Below, in pieces: positions 17,999 through 27,199 of a DNA stretch of 64,000 nt (its first letter is position 1; each line of letters starts with the position of its first letter). The stretch covers positions 28,971 through 92,970 of IMG/VR virus record IMGVR_UViG_3300042691_019444. The stretch is one strand, 5' to 3'. Both the position numbers and the translations under genes were made by a program. The notes below the pieces were generated by a model. That model was not told the DNA's origin and did not search any database. It saw only the letters and a list, made by a program, of their open reading frames with translations. This DNA comes from a virus.

Positions 17999-19335
17999 TG
18001 ATGAAACGCGTAATGCCGGACGGCTCCAGTATCGACATGACCTATAAGTCCCCCCGCGTTAGTGGGGAGATTTATGAATGTGGGTTGCCCCTTACGTTTG
18101 ACCAGTACAGCTATTGCGAATTCAGGTGCGCATACTGTTTCGCATTCAGTACTAAGTCGGTGAATATGGGGGGCAGTAAGGAGAAGAGTCTAAGTCGATA
18201 CGACTACCCGCTTACGTGCGTTGATGTGGAACGGGTAAAGTCCCTGTTCCTGAAGCGCACAACCAGTGAGAAGGGTGTTGTGCCGATGATACAGAACCTC
18301 ATGGCAAAGCGGGCCCCCTTCCATTGGGGAGGGCTATGTGATCCGTTCGACGGCCATGAGGAGAGGTATCAGGTAGGGTTGGAGCTGCTCCGGTTCTTGC
18401 GCGCCATGAACTACCCGACGGTGTTGTGTACTAAGGGTGTGTTGATGACCCGAGACCCATGGCGTAGCGTGCTGATGCAGAGTAACTTTCGGTTCCAGCA
18501 AAGCATCATTACTCAGGACCCTGTGAAGGTGGCAGTAGTGGATGCAGGGTGCCCTGATGCGGAAGCTAGGTTTGAGGCTATGCGCGTACTTGCGCGCGAG
18601 ATGGGCCTCATTACGACGTTGCGGTTACGGCCCATCATACCGGGCATCGTTACGCCTAAGGACTGCGTGGAACTTATCAGGCGTGCTCACGCGTGTGGGG
18701 CAGTAGGTGTGAGTACGGAGTTCTTCTGCGTTGAGGCACGGGGGGAACATAATCGAGAGCGGTATGCGCCGATGAATGAGGTGGCGGGCATTGACATCTT
18801 TGACTTCTACCGTAAGAACTCACCAGGCCAGAGCGGATACTTGCGCCTAAACCCTGAGGTGAAGAATCCGTACTTCGACGCCATGGAGTCGACCGCTAAG
18901 TCGTTGGGGATGCGGTTTGCCATCAGTGACTTCCATGGCAAGGAGCGGAATAACTGCACTACATGCTGTGCGGTTTACTGGGATGATGAGACCCAATTGG
19001 GAGGCAATGCTGAAGGGCCCTTTATCAACTACGGTACACTCACGCGCGGCATCCAATTGGCATCCCGTACGGGATTCGTGTCGTTTGGGGATGTGGCTGA
19101 ATCGCTCGATTGGGCCGAGCATATTGTGGATAGTAACTTTCAGGGGTACATGTGCTCGAACCTGGAGCGTAGCCGCAACCGCAATAAGACGTTGAAGGAC
19201 GCCCTACAGGGGGAATGGAATGACCCCAATAACAGCAAGTCCCCTCACCGCTACACGTACGGCCAACTGAAGCCCATACGGGTGAATGATGCCGGGGATG
19301 TGGTGTATCAGTGGGTAGGTAGGAAACCAACCTAG
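17998..19335 (+). CDS. radical SAM enzyme (spore photoproduct lyase-like)
   Basis: DQYSYCEFRCAYCF CxxxCxxC, GGLCDPF, TKG, RLRPIIPG. Confidence 0.85.
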   Translation: MMKRVMPDGSSIDMTYKSPRVSGEIYECGLPLTFDQYSYCEFRCAYCFAFSTKSVNMGGSKEKSLSRYDYPLTCVDVERVKSLFLKRTTSEKGVVPMIQNLMAKRAPFHWGGLCDPFDGHEERYQVGLELLRFLRAMNYPTVLCTKGVLMTRDPWRSVLMQSNFRFQQSIITQDPVKVAVVDAGCPDAEARFEAMRVLAREMGLITTLRLRPIIPGIVTPKDCVELIRRAHACGAVGVSTEFFCVEARGEHNRERYAPMNEVAGIDIFDFYRKNSPGQSGYLRLNPEVKNPYFDAMESTAKSLGMRFAISDFHGKERNNCTTCCAVYWDDETQLGGNAEGPFINYGTLTRGIQLASRTGFVSFGDVAESLDWAEHIVDSNFQGYMCSNLERSRNRNKTLKDALQGEWNDPNNSKSPHRYTYGQLKPIRVNDAGDVVYQWVGRKPT

Positions 19336-19336
19336 A

Positions 19337-19354
19337 CCGCAACACGTGTTGCGG
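19337..19354. repeat. 18-bp palindrome copy 9 (exact)
   Basis: Between the radical SAM stop and the glycosyltransferase RBS. Confidence 0.97.
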
Positions 19355-19365
19355 TGGAGTGGCAG

Positions 19366-20367
19366 ATGAGCATTATCAACCTGTTCTTTCTGGTACCTCC
19401 GTCGCAGCTTGGCGGTTGTACGTCGTTCACCCTGCATCTGTACCATGCGCTTATCAACCTAGGGCACACCCCTAGGTTGTGCCGCATTACGGACACTGAC
19501 AAAATCAAGGCCAGTAAGTTTCCGTATGGACTTGAGATATGGAATGTTCCGCTTGAGTACGCATTGAACTTAGTTGGCAATGAGCCTGCCCTAATCACGT
19601 ACTGCTTCTGGAAGAAGTATGCTGTGCATGCCGAACCGCTGATAAGGGCCGGAGTACCAATGGTGGTGCATGACCCCGCCGAGTTTCATTCGGATGAGTT
19701 GGAGTTGTTCAAACGGTTGCGGTATCGCCCAATAGTTATACGGGACCGCAACGTGAGGGGACTAAAGGCGTTAGGTGTGGAGTCTACGTACATTCCACAC
19801 CCGTACGCCACATCTCCTACTGTGCCGATGCCTAAGGTCTACAGAGCCTTATGCTTGGCAAGGGTGGACTTTAGGAAACGCACTCACTGGATAGTGACCG
19901 CCAACAAGGCGTTGAGCGAATCGAAGCAATGCCACCTATACGGGGAGGTGAATCGTATTTACGAATATCACCAACTACGCAAGGAACATCCTGATTGGAA
20001 GCAGTGGTATCACGGGCAATTCCCCGACAGGTTGGGGGCTGCGGTGGAGTTGTTTGGTGGGGCTGAGTATGCTGTGGACCTAACTCACATTCAGGGAGAC
20101 GGGGGTGGCACGCAGTACACATTCTTTGAGGCGTGGAATGCCGGCATCCCGTTGGTACTGAACAGGGCATGGGAAACCGGGGTAACCGATGAGGTTAGGG
20201 ACGGAGATAGTTGTGTGATGGTAAACAATGCCGATGAGTTGGTTGAGGTATTGAATACCAATCCTAAGAACTTCGCTGGAATAGTTGAGGGGGGCACACG
20301 CATAATGCACGCACACGGCAATGACGTTGCGATGCTGTATGCAGAACAAGCCATTAGGAGGCCATAA
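19366..20367 (+). CDS. GT-B fold glycosyltransferase
   Basis: N-terminal GG...HL...LGH; ARVDFRK; DGGGTQYTFFEAWNAGIPLVL. Confidence 0.8.
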   Translation: MSIINLFFLVPPSQLGGCTSFTLHLYHALINLGHTPRLCRITDTDKIKASKFPYGLEIWNVPLEYALNLVGNEPALITYCFWKKYAVHAEPLIRAGVPMVVHDPAEFHSDELELFKRLRYRPIVIRDRNVRGLKALGVESTYIPHPYATSPTVPMPKVYRALCLARVDFRKRTHWIVTANKALSESKQCHLYGEVNRIYEYHQLRKEHPDWKQWYHGQFPDRLGAAVELFGGAEYAVDLTHIQGDGGGTQYTFFEAWNAGIPLVLNRAWETGVTDEVRDGDSCVMVNNADELVEVLNTNPKNFAGIVEGGTRIMHAHGNDVAMLYAEQAIRRP

Positions 20368-21137
20368 TGCTGATCGATATCGGAATTGGTAAGAAGGTGT
20401 TTGTGGGGGTTGTCAGTCATGCTCGCCCGGACAATGTTGCTAAGATGAGAGAGCTAGTTGGCGACGCAACGTGGTTCGTTGGAATTGGAGAGAGTAAGGC
20501 ATACAAGGCAGCGGGGGCGGTTCATGTGGTGGAGAGTGGTCCCTTGTGCCGTAGTCGTAATGCCATCATCGACAATGCGGGCGCGAAGGCTGCTGATTAT
20601 TGTGTGGAGTTGAGTGACGATCTGACCAAAGTACAGATTGCAGTATCAACACCTAAGAAGCTAGCGGCTCAAGACTCCGACTTTCAAACCGTAACCAGAA
20701 TGGTGATTGAAGGGATGCTGGCGGTTGGGGCTAAGTTGGGCGGGGCTGCCCCTACTTCCAATCCGTTCTATTCAAATGTGGATGCCCCAATTCATAAGTC
20801 CTCATTCATCGTTGGGGACTTCATCGTAATCGATACGTCGTGCGGGCTTAGGTTCTCCGAAGAAATGACCCTCAAGGAAGACTACGACTATACGATGCAG
20901 CACATTTACACGTTCGGGTGTGTTGCCCGTAGGGATGATGTGTTGATGACATTCCTACATCGTAAGAACAAGGGGGGTGCCGTAGAGGTGAGAACGCCTC
21001 AGTTGGAGCAGGATAACATCGCGTATCTGAAGACGCGTTGGCCTGACTGCATTGTTGATAACCCGAGACGCCCCAATGAGATTCTGTTGAAGCTCCCCAA
21101 GTATCTCAATCAGGGGCGGGCATCGGTGTCGAAATGA
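20367..21137 (+). CDS. GT-A fold glycosyltransferase (TET-associated/GREB1-like)
   Basis: VVSHARP, SRNAI, LSDD, KEDYDY, H..NKGG...R, YLKTRWP. Confidence 0.75.
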   Translation: MLIDIGIGKKVFVGVVSHARPDNVAKMRELVGDATWFVGIGESKAYKAAGAVHVVESGPLCRSRNAIIDNAGAKAADYCVELSDDLTKVQIAVSTPKKLAAQDSDFQTVTRMVIEGMLAVGAKLGGAAPTSNPFYSNVDAPIHKSSFIVGDFIVIDTSCGLRFSEEMTLKEDYDYTMQHIYTFGCVARRDDVLMTFLHRKNKGGAVEVRTPQLEQDNIAYLKTRWPDCIVDNPRRPNEILLKLPKYLNQGRASVSK

Positions 21138-21817
21138 AGGGGTTAGTGGTATCGGCTAAAGGCGCTGAGGAACGGGACCTAATTGAATACGATGGAGTAT
21201 TGGTTAGGAGGGATTGGGGGCCCGACATAGGTGTGTTGAAGGAATGGGCTCCAGTTTACCGGTGCTTGGAGTCGAGAATACCAGGGCACCGCGTGATGGA
21301 TATAGGTGGCAATATAGGCATGTTCAGTACTAAGGCATTGAAGTTAGGGGCTGAACATGTTGTGGCGTTTGAGCCAGAACCAGGGGCATTCAGTGTGTTG
21401 AGTGCCAATCTGATGGGGAAGAATGCGATTGCCTATAACGTGGCAGTAGGGGCAACCAATGGGACGGTCAGGTTGAGTGTATCGCCTAGCGGTAATGCCA
21501 CGTCAGCAACCACTATGGTGCATGTGAATAGGCGGCAATCGATCGAGGTACCCAAAGTTTCATTCCTTGAGATGGTTGAACAGTACAGGCCGACGTTTCT
21601 CAAGGTGGATTGTGAGGGGGCGGAACTTGAGTTTTTGGATGGTTATCGGATGCCCGCTTGCGTGAAGGTAGTGACTGCCGAGCTACATCGGGAATTTGCT
21701 GGTTGGGAGTCATTGTGTCAGCGGGTGATTGGGTCCTTCAGTGAGTGGACGGCAATAAAGAAGCCATTGTCGTATTCGTTCCACAGGTGTTGGCTCATAA
21801 ACTACGAGAGACCATGA
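21134..21817 (+). CDS. FkbM-family SAM methyltransferase
   Basis: MDIGGNIGMF, AFEPEP, LKVDCEGAE. Confidence 0.88.
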   Translation: MKGLVVSAKGAEERDLIEYDGVLVRRDWGPDIGVLKEWAPVYRCLESRIPGHRVMDIGGNIGMFSTKALKLGAEHVVAFEPEPGAFSVLSANLMGKNAIAYNVAVGATNGTVRLSVSPSGNATSATTMVHVNRRQSIEVPKVSFLEMVEQYRPTFLKVDCEGAELEFLDGYRMPACVKVVTAELHREFAGWESLCQRVIGSFSEWTAIKKPLSYSFHRCWLINYERP

Positions 21818-22740
21818 TTTACCAAACCAATCAGCCGTGGACTGTGCAGGTCGAACTAGTTGAGGGATGCAATAGGTTGTGCGCGTTCTGTGGCATAAAC
21901 GCTATACGGACACGACCAGGTGATTACAAGTACATGACCGTTGAGACGGCAACCAAAGTAGCGATTGAGCTGGGGGCAATCGCTCCTAAGTGCAAGATTC
22001 ATTTCGCAATGCATGGTGAGCCATTACAGCATCCACAATTCCATTCGATGGTCTCATTGTTCCGCACAATCCTACCTGAAGTTGAGATGATGGTAGTCAC
22101 GAATGGGCGTGTGATTATGAACGACCTACAGGGAGGGCTGAATCGGATATTCGAGGCTGGGATCGATATGGTGATGCTCGATACGTACGAGCCTGAGCGG
22201 GGGCGCCTACGCGCGGGTGTGGAGATACTGCGAGGCATTCTGGTCTCAGACTATTATGGTGATGTGGTGAAGGGTAATGCCCCGAACCCGTATATGAATC
22301 ATCACCGTAAGGTGCGTGGATACTTGTGCGTGATGGATGATATTGGGATTCGTAATGGTGAGCACCCTTCACGGAAACTACACAACCATTCCGGTTCAAA
22401 CCCGTTAGGAACTAAGGTCCAGTCTCCACTTCAGAAGACATGCACTAAACCGTTCCGTGAGATGAGTGTGAATTGGAATGGGGATGTGCGGTTGTGTTGC
22501 GAAGACTGGACTGGTGCCTATACGTGCGGCAATTTGAACGAGAGGTCTGCTGCCGATATTTGGTACGGCCCTGAATTCGAATCCGCGCGTACAATGCTTC
22601 AGAACAAGCGGCGTGATTTCGGAGCCTGTAAGGTATGTGATGCTAGTAGTGGGATGAGATGTGGATTGCTGCCGAAATACCCGTCAGTCAGTCCTGAAGT
22701 TGAGAGCATTGTTAGGAACACTGAGAAGGAGGCAAAATGA
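21814..22740 (+). CDS. radical SAM protein with SPASM/twitch domain
   Basis: CNRLCAFC, HGEPL, TNG; CTKPF...GDVRLCCED...GNL...CKVC. Confidence 0.88.
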   Translation: MIYQTNQPWTVQVELVEGCNRLCAFCGINAIRTRPGDYKYMTVETATKVAIELGAIAPKCKIHFAMHGEPLQHPQFHSMVSLFRTILPEVEMMVVTNGRVIMNDLQGGLNRIFEAGIDMVMLDTYEPERGRLRAGVEILRGILVSDYYGDVVKGNAPNPYMNHHRKVRGYLCVMDDIGIRNGEHPSRKLHNHSGSNPLGTKVQSPLQKTCTKPFREMSVNWNGDVRLCCEDWTGAYTCGNLNERSAADIWYGPEFESARTMLQNKRRDFGACKVCDASSGMRCGLLPKYPSVSPEVESIVRNTEKEAK

Positions 22741-23474
22741 AACGAAGACTGCAAAGCACCGCAACACGTGTTGCGGTCAAACCCGGTACGGTGCACCCGG
22801 TTGAGTACGTTCCCTATAAGGACCTAAAGAAGTCCGATTACAACCCTCGCAAGATGCCAAAGGCAAAGCTGGAGCGACTAGCTACGAACATTGCATTGTT
22901 CGGGTTCGTTGAGAACGTAGTTGTACGGAAGGAGACGGGGGAGATTATTGGTGGGCATCAGCGCATTGCTGCGCTTGAGTTGTTGGCGTCGGGTAAGTTT
23001 ACGCCCAAGAATGCTGAAGGTAAGGAGATTGAATTCACACCCATCGTCAAGGTGCCAGTCATATACGTTGAGGGGTTGTCGGACTTTGACGTAAAGAATC
23101 TCAATCTCAGTCTGAACAGCATCAGTGGTGAGTGGGATTCCGATAAGCTGGGTACGCTTATCAATCAGATGGTCAGTGAGGTGGAGACCGCAATGGACAA
23201 CATTGCGAAGGATGCACTTGCATATCTGTCGCCCAGCGGGTTGTCCACCGATGAGCTGAATGCAATCATCAACAAGGAATCTGAGGACGGGTTGGCGCCT
23301 GAACGTACAACCGGTGTCCCCAAGCTAAACCTTGAGTTTACGTCGAAGGAACTTAGGGATGCATTCAAGGCGTTCGTTGGTGAGGAGAAGCAAGACGGGA
23401 TTCCGAGCGGGGACCTACTTGCTAAGCGGTTGGGAATTGAGGTTGTGAAGAAGCGGAAGTCGAAGCGTACCTAA
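22737..23474 (+). CDS. ParB/Srx-family N-terminal domain protein
   Basis: YNPRKM, FGFVENVVV, IIGGHQRIAAL, LNSISGEWD. Confidence 0.85.
   Translation: MKRRLQSTATRVAVKPGTVHPVEYVPYKDLKKSDYNPRKMPKAKLERLATNIALFGFVENVVVRKETGEIIGGHQRIAALELLASGKFTPKNAEGKEIEFTPIVKVPVIYVEGLSDFDVKNLNLSLNSISGEWDSDKLGTLINQMVSEVETAMDNIAKDALAYLSPSGLSTDELNAIINKESEDGLAPERTTGVPKLNLEFTSKELRDAFKAFVGEEKQDGIPSGDLLAKRLGIEVVKKRKSKRT
22759..22776. repeat. 18-bp palindrome copy 10 (exact, in the 5' end of the ParB-like CDS as TATRVA)
   Basis: Exact match. Confidence 0.97.
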
Positions 23475-23666
23475 TTCGGCATCTCCACCGCTTAGTACCA
23501 AACTCCCTCCCCCGATCACAACAATCCGTCAACATACTAGGACGTTCAATACCGTGCTTTGAGCGCGGCATACGTAGTCCTATGCTCGCCAAGTAGACGG
23601 CTATTGCTAGGGCCAGAAGGTGGATTGCTGCGTTCATTAGTGGGTTGTACTAGGTACGGGCCCCTA

Positions 23667-23684
23667 CCGCAACACGTGTTGCGG
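23667..23684. repeat. 18-bp palindrome copy 11 (exact)
   Basis: Followed by CATAACGCACGTGGAGG, nearly identical to copy 1. Confidence 0.97.
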
Positions 23685-23706
23685 CATAACGCACGTGGAG
23701 GTTGTG

Positions 23707-24390
23707 ATGCGCTCACGTGTTATTGACTACAGGGCTGAGTTCGAAAGCACCAAACGCGAGCACGATGCAGTGTTGGACGAAGCATCGTTTGAGGTGGCAG
23801 GCATACGCGCAACCGCTGAAGGTGAGTTGAAACTACTGTGCGGGAAGTTGGGTATCCGGTACAGGGATGCCAATAAGTCCGATCATCCCGAAATTGCTCA
23901 CCATATGCGTGGGTTGGCAATCAAGACCAATAAGGTGTTCGATAGGGCCATCTGTAGGCGTAAGGCCCTACACCTATGGATGTGTGAATGTGCAAAGTTG
24001 GCCGAGTTGAAGTGTGGGGACAATCCTGGTTTGCTGCTCATGTATGACTCGATTTCGGTTAGTAGTTATTCGACGCAGGGATTCGGAGCCGCTACCTACG
24101 CGTCCGGATATGCAACGTTGGTTGCGTGGCAGTTGAAACAGATATGCGATTGGTTAGTGGTTGAGGTGATATGCAACCAACTAGACCGGTCGTACGACGT
24201 AATGGTTGGGGTTGAGTCGAAGTTGGACGTTGAGATTCTGAAGCTGAAACCAACCGCTATCACGTTGCGTGAGTGGCTGAAGAAGTGTTGGGCGGTAGGT
24301 TGCAATCCTAGGGTGTTCAATCCGTACTTGCCGCACGGCATAGAGGCGAAGCTGGGATTAGACTACTTTGGAGGTGAAATCAATGGGTAA
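23707..24390 (+). CDS. hypothetical protein
   Basis: GGAGG RBS. Confidence 0.7.
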   Translation: MRSRVIDYRAEFESTKREHDAVLDEASFEVAGIRATAEGELKLLCGKLGIRYRDANKSDHPEIAHHMRGLAIKTNKVFDRAICRRKALHLWMCECAKLAELKCGDNPGLLLMYDSISVSSYSTQGFGAATYASGYATLVAWQLKQICDWLVVEVICNQLDRSYDVMVGVESKLDVEILKLKPTAITLREWLKKCWAVGCNPRVFNPYLPHGIEAKLGLDYFGGEING

Positions 24391-25156
24391 TTGGGTTGAA
24401 TCCATATGTGCCAATTGTGGAAACCCGTATGAGCGACAAAGCCTATATGGGCAAGTTCATAAGGTGCGGATGCGCGTACGCGTAAGGGGGACTTCGCCCC
24501 GAACTATCACACGTAATGCGCACGTGTCGTTCTGCCCCCTATGTTTGGAGAAGCGTAAGTGTCGGGTGTGCGGGGTTAGGTTTGAGAGGTACCCACATCC
24601 CAAATATCCAATCAAGTATGTGTGTCATAAGGACGAGACAGTGACTAAGCGGTATGCGCGTGAGTATGAGCCTATGAGGGTATGCCCGTCCTGTTACCGA
24701 ATGAGCAAGTGCAAGCAATGCGGGTGGAAGTTCGACTATAAGAAGGCCGGATACGTTAGGCGCCCACCATTGTGTCCTTCGTGCAAGGCTGAGCGGCGGA
24801 AACAGATGTGTTACGTGTATGTGAAACGGTACCGCAATGCTCATCCGGATCGTGCACGCGCCATAGAACGAAACACACAAGCCAAGAAAGCATTGCGATT
24901 CAAGACTGATCCTACCTACAGGGAGCACGTACGTGCGCGCCAGCGCGAATGGGCGAAGCGCGATCGGGTAAAGAAACGGACCCTGAAGACCCTAATTGAG
25001 TCGACGTGTCTGAACACTCCAATTGGGTTACTACGTGATAGGCGTTATGATTGTATGCACTACAATGCGAGGCTGTCTCGCGTTGTGAAGGAGAGACCAC
25101 ACGCATCTAACGTATGCCCCGAAGGATGTAAGTTCTACCGCAAAGGGAGAGGCTAA
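24383..25156 (+). CDS. basic multi-zinc-finger protein
   Basis: Six CxxC pairs, Arg/Lys-rich. Confidence 0.7.
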   Translation: MGNWVESICANCGNPYERQSLYGQVHKVRMRVRVRGTSPRTITRNAHVSFCPLCLEKRKCRVCGVRFERYPHPKYPIKYVCHKDETVTKRYAREYEPMRVCPSCYRMSKCKQCGWKFDYKKAGYVRRPPLCPSCKAERRKQMCYVYVKRYRNAHPDRARAIERNTQAKKALRFKTDPTYREHVRARQREWAKRDRVKKRTLKTLIESTCLNTPIGLLRDRRYDCMHYNARLSRVVKERPHASNVCPEGCKFYRKGRG

Positions 25157-25157
25157 G

Positions 25158-25556
25158 ATGGAATCTGATAACAAGTATTGTCCACCGGCAGGTGATGCGA
25201 AGTGGCCTGTACTGGATTCGTCGGGGATGCCCCTATCTGGACTACCGACAGTGACCGCCCATACTTGGTATGAGGCAAATGAGAAGGTTCGTAAGGAATG
25301 GGGACCGGAATTCAAAGCCGCACCATTGGGGTATAAGATCCCAGAACAGGCAACCCCTTCACGCCCCCAAGTTCCTCCCACAATAACGACCAATATCAAG
25401 AAGGCAATGCGCGGCCGCATAGTGCTGGACATCACATTCCTTCCAGACAACGACCTAAGCGACGAAGCAACACTGAGGTTGGTACGGTGGAGATTGGGAG
25501 TCGCCCCATTGCCATTCAAGTATTCGCTATCTATGACGCGCGACGAAAATGAGTAA
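25158..25556 (+). CDS. hypothetical protein
   Basis: RBS and coupling. Confidence 0.6.
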   Translation: MESDNKYCPPAGDAKWPVLDSSGMPLSGLPTVTAHTWYEANEKVRKEWGPEFKAAPLGYKIPEQATPSRPQVPPTITTNIKKAMRGRIVLDITFLPDNDLSDEATLRLVRWRLGVAPLPFKYSLSMTRDENE

Positions 25557-25773
25557 GTGCTACGGCAACGAGTACGGGGGCGTCACGCATTGTAAGGAAT
25601 GCCGTCCAGGTCGACCCTTGTGCCGTTGGCAGCGACGTAGCAGTAAGCGCTATCAGGTGTGTATGTGTTCGGCCTATCACTTCCCCCATAGGGTTGGATC
25701 TGGCTTGTGTGGCAATCGAGATGCCCAGAACTTGATACTGTACGGTCCTCCCCCTCAATCTACATCCCCCTAG
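25549..25773 (+). CDS. small Cys-rich protein
   Basis: CxCxxYHFPHRxGSxxC. Confidence 0.6.
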   Translation: MSKCYGNEYGGVTHCKECRPGRPLCRWQRRSSKRYQVCMCSAYHFPHRVGSGLCGNRDAQNLILYGPPPQSTSP

Positions 25774-25806
25774 TTGCGGCATAACCAACTAAACTACGAG
25801 GTTAGG

Positions 25807-26067
25807 ATGCGAGTACGCATTGTGTTGACACCAGGGGCGTTGTGGAAGTTGGGTAGCGAATACGCGTCGCTAAGTCCGATTCAAATTGTGGTAAGTGGTA
25901 GTGAGTACGTGTGGATTGTCCCATTGGCACCCACATATGAGGCGTGGAGATCGACACATAATGTACGGAGGTATCCGATACGGGTGTCGAAAGACCGATT
26001 CAGTTTCCACGATTCAAGGTATCTTGGTCACGAACCGATTTGCGAACATGAACCGGTGACCACATGA
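25807..26067 (+). CDS. hypothetical protein (paralog of 15037..15318)
   Basis: GAGG RBS; shared motifs. Confidence 0.65.
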   Translation: MRVRIVLTPGALWKLGSEYASLSPIQIVVSGSEYVWIVPLAPTYEAWRSTHNVRRYPIRVSKDRFSFHDSRYLGHEPICEHEPVTT

Positions 26068-26339
26068 ATCAGAATCCTCCGTTGTGGGTCAAAGACGTAT
26101 TGGCAACAATCGCAACAGTCGAGACGGCCAAGATGTTCTCATTCGTATTCACCGATGAGAAGTATCCGGTCTATATGCGCAAGCTACACGGAGTGATTCC
26201 GTATATTGTGCATTACAGTGACAAGTCTCCGAAGGCTGATGATTGTGAGGCGTGTGCGGCCGGAACATGCATACAACGGATTGAGCAATACCCGAACGCG
26301 TTGGTTGTGGTGCACAATCGGCGTAACGAACTTTCGTAG
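26064..26339 (+). CDS. hypothetical protein
   Basis: Coupled ORF. Confidence 0.55.
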   Translation: MNQNPPLWVKDVLATIATVETAKMFSFVFTDEKYPVYMRKLHGVIPYIVHYSDKSPKADDCEACAAGTCIQRIEQYPNALVVVHNRRNELS

Positions 26340-26348
26340 GAGGATGAG

Positions 26349-26585
26349 ATGACCACCCCATTGGATGACCACTGTAGGGAATTGGTTAGGGTTGCAAAGG
26401 ATGCTGGTGAGAAGGCTGATGCTGAGAAGACATCTGATGCATGCATTGCGGCGTCGGACCGGTACAGGGAAGCCGCGATGGCTGTGATTCTGACTAACAA
26501 CGATGCCTATGAGGCATTGTATGAACGAGCGTGCCATTACTTCGCTAAATTCCGCGAAGTCACATTCCCTCTCACATCTCCTTAG
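26349..26585 (+). CDS. hypothetical protein
   Basis: AGGAGG RBS. Confidence 0.6.
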   Translation: MTTPLDDHCRELVRVAKDAGEKADAEKTSDACIAASDRYREAAMAVILTNNDAYEALYERACHYFAKFREVTFPLTSP

Positions 26586-26622
26586 CTATCCCCAATTCAT
26601 CGAGTCATGTATGCTGTCCACA

Positions 26623-26640
26623 CCGCAACACGTGTTGCGG
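26623..26640. repeat. 18-bp palindrome copy 12 (exact)
   Basis: Directly followed by TAGGAGG. Confidence 0.97.
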
Positions 26641-26653
26641 TAGGAGGCACACC

Positions 26654-27199
26654 ATGATCGAGCGTATCGTAGCCAATCCGGACCATGAAAATGTATTCCC
26701 AATCGGGCTTGCCCTAGAGCCCGAGTATGCGGCAATTGCACGCGCGCAAGGCGCCATCCTGCTCCCCTATGATTACGAGTTTGCTATGTGCAACCCCATC
26801 GGGGCATTCAATAGGGTTGAGTATGGTACCTATTCGGCAAACGGTAGTCGACGAGGGACACCCCTAATTCAATTCCAAGTGAAGGTGGGGGCGATGCTGT
26901 ATGCGGATTGCCTAAGTCGTATTCATTGGGTGGCCTGCATCGTTCCTCGGAACGTTGCAACATCACGGCTGAACGTAAACATGAATGCGATGTTGCAAGG
27001 GGGGCTGAACGTGGTGCATCCGCAGAATGCAACCCCGTCAATCAAGTTCGATCAATTCCAAAGCACAGCTCCCGTATGTATTGGTGGTGAATTCGACATC
27101 AATCCAGTCATTCCGGCGTTCTATGGTTTCGGACTCCACGCGCATTCGGTGTATGACGTAGAATGCTTGTGGGTAGCGATGAGTAGGACTCGGAGGTAG
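26654..27199 (+). CDS. hypothetical protein (possibly virion-associated)
   Basis: AGGAGG RBS; upstream of portal. Confidence 0.65.
   Translation: MIERIVANPDHENVFPIGLALEPEYAAIARAQGAILLPYDYEFAMCNPIGAFNRVEYGTYSANGSRRGTPLIQFQVKVGAMLYADCLSRIHWVACIVPRNVATSRLNVNMNAMLQGGLNVVHPQNATPSIKFDQFQSTAPVCIGGEFDINPVIPAFYGFGLHAHSVYDVECLWVAMSRTRR

Noticed and set aside
17264-23474. ParB-like genes as a classical plasmid-prophage ParABS partition system
   Set aside because: No ParA ATPase in the window, and the genes are embedded in a modification operon; cannot be excluded for the rest of the genome.
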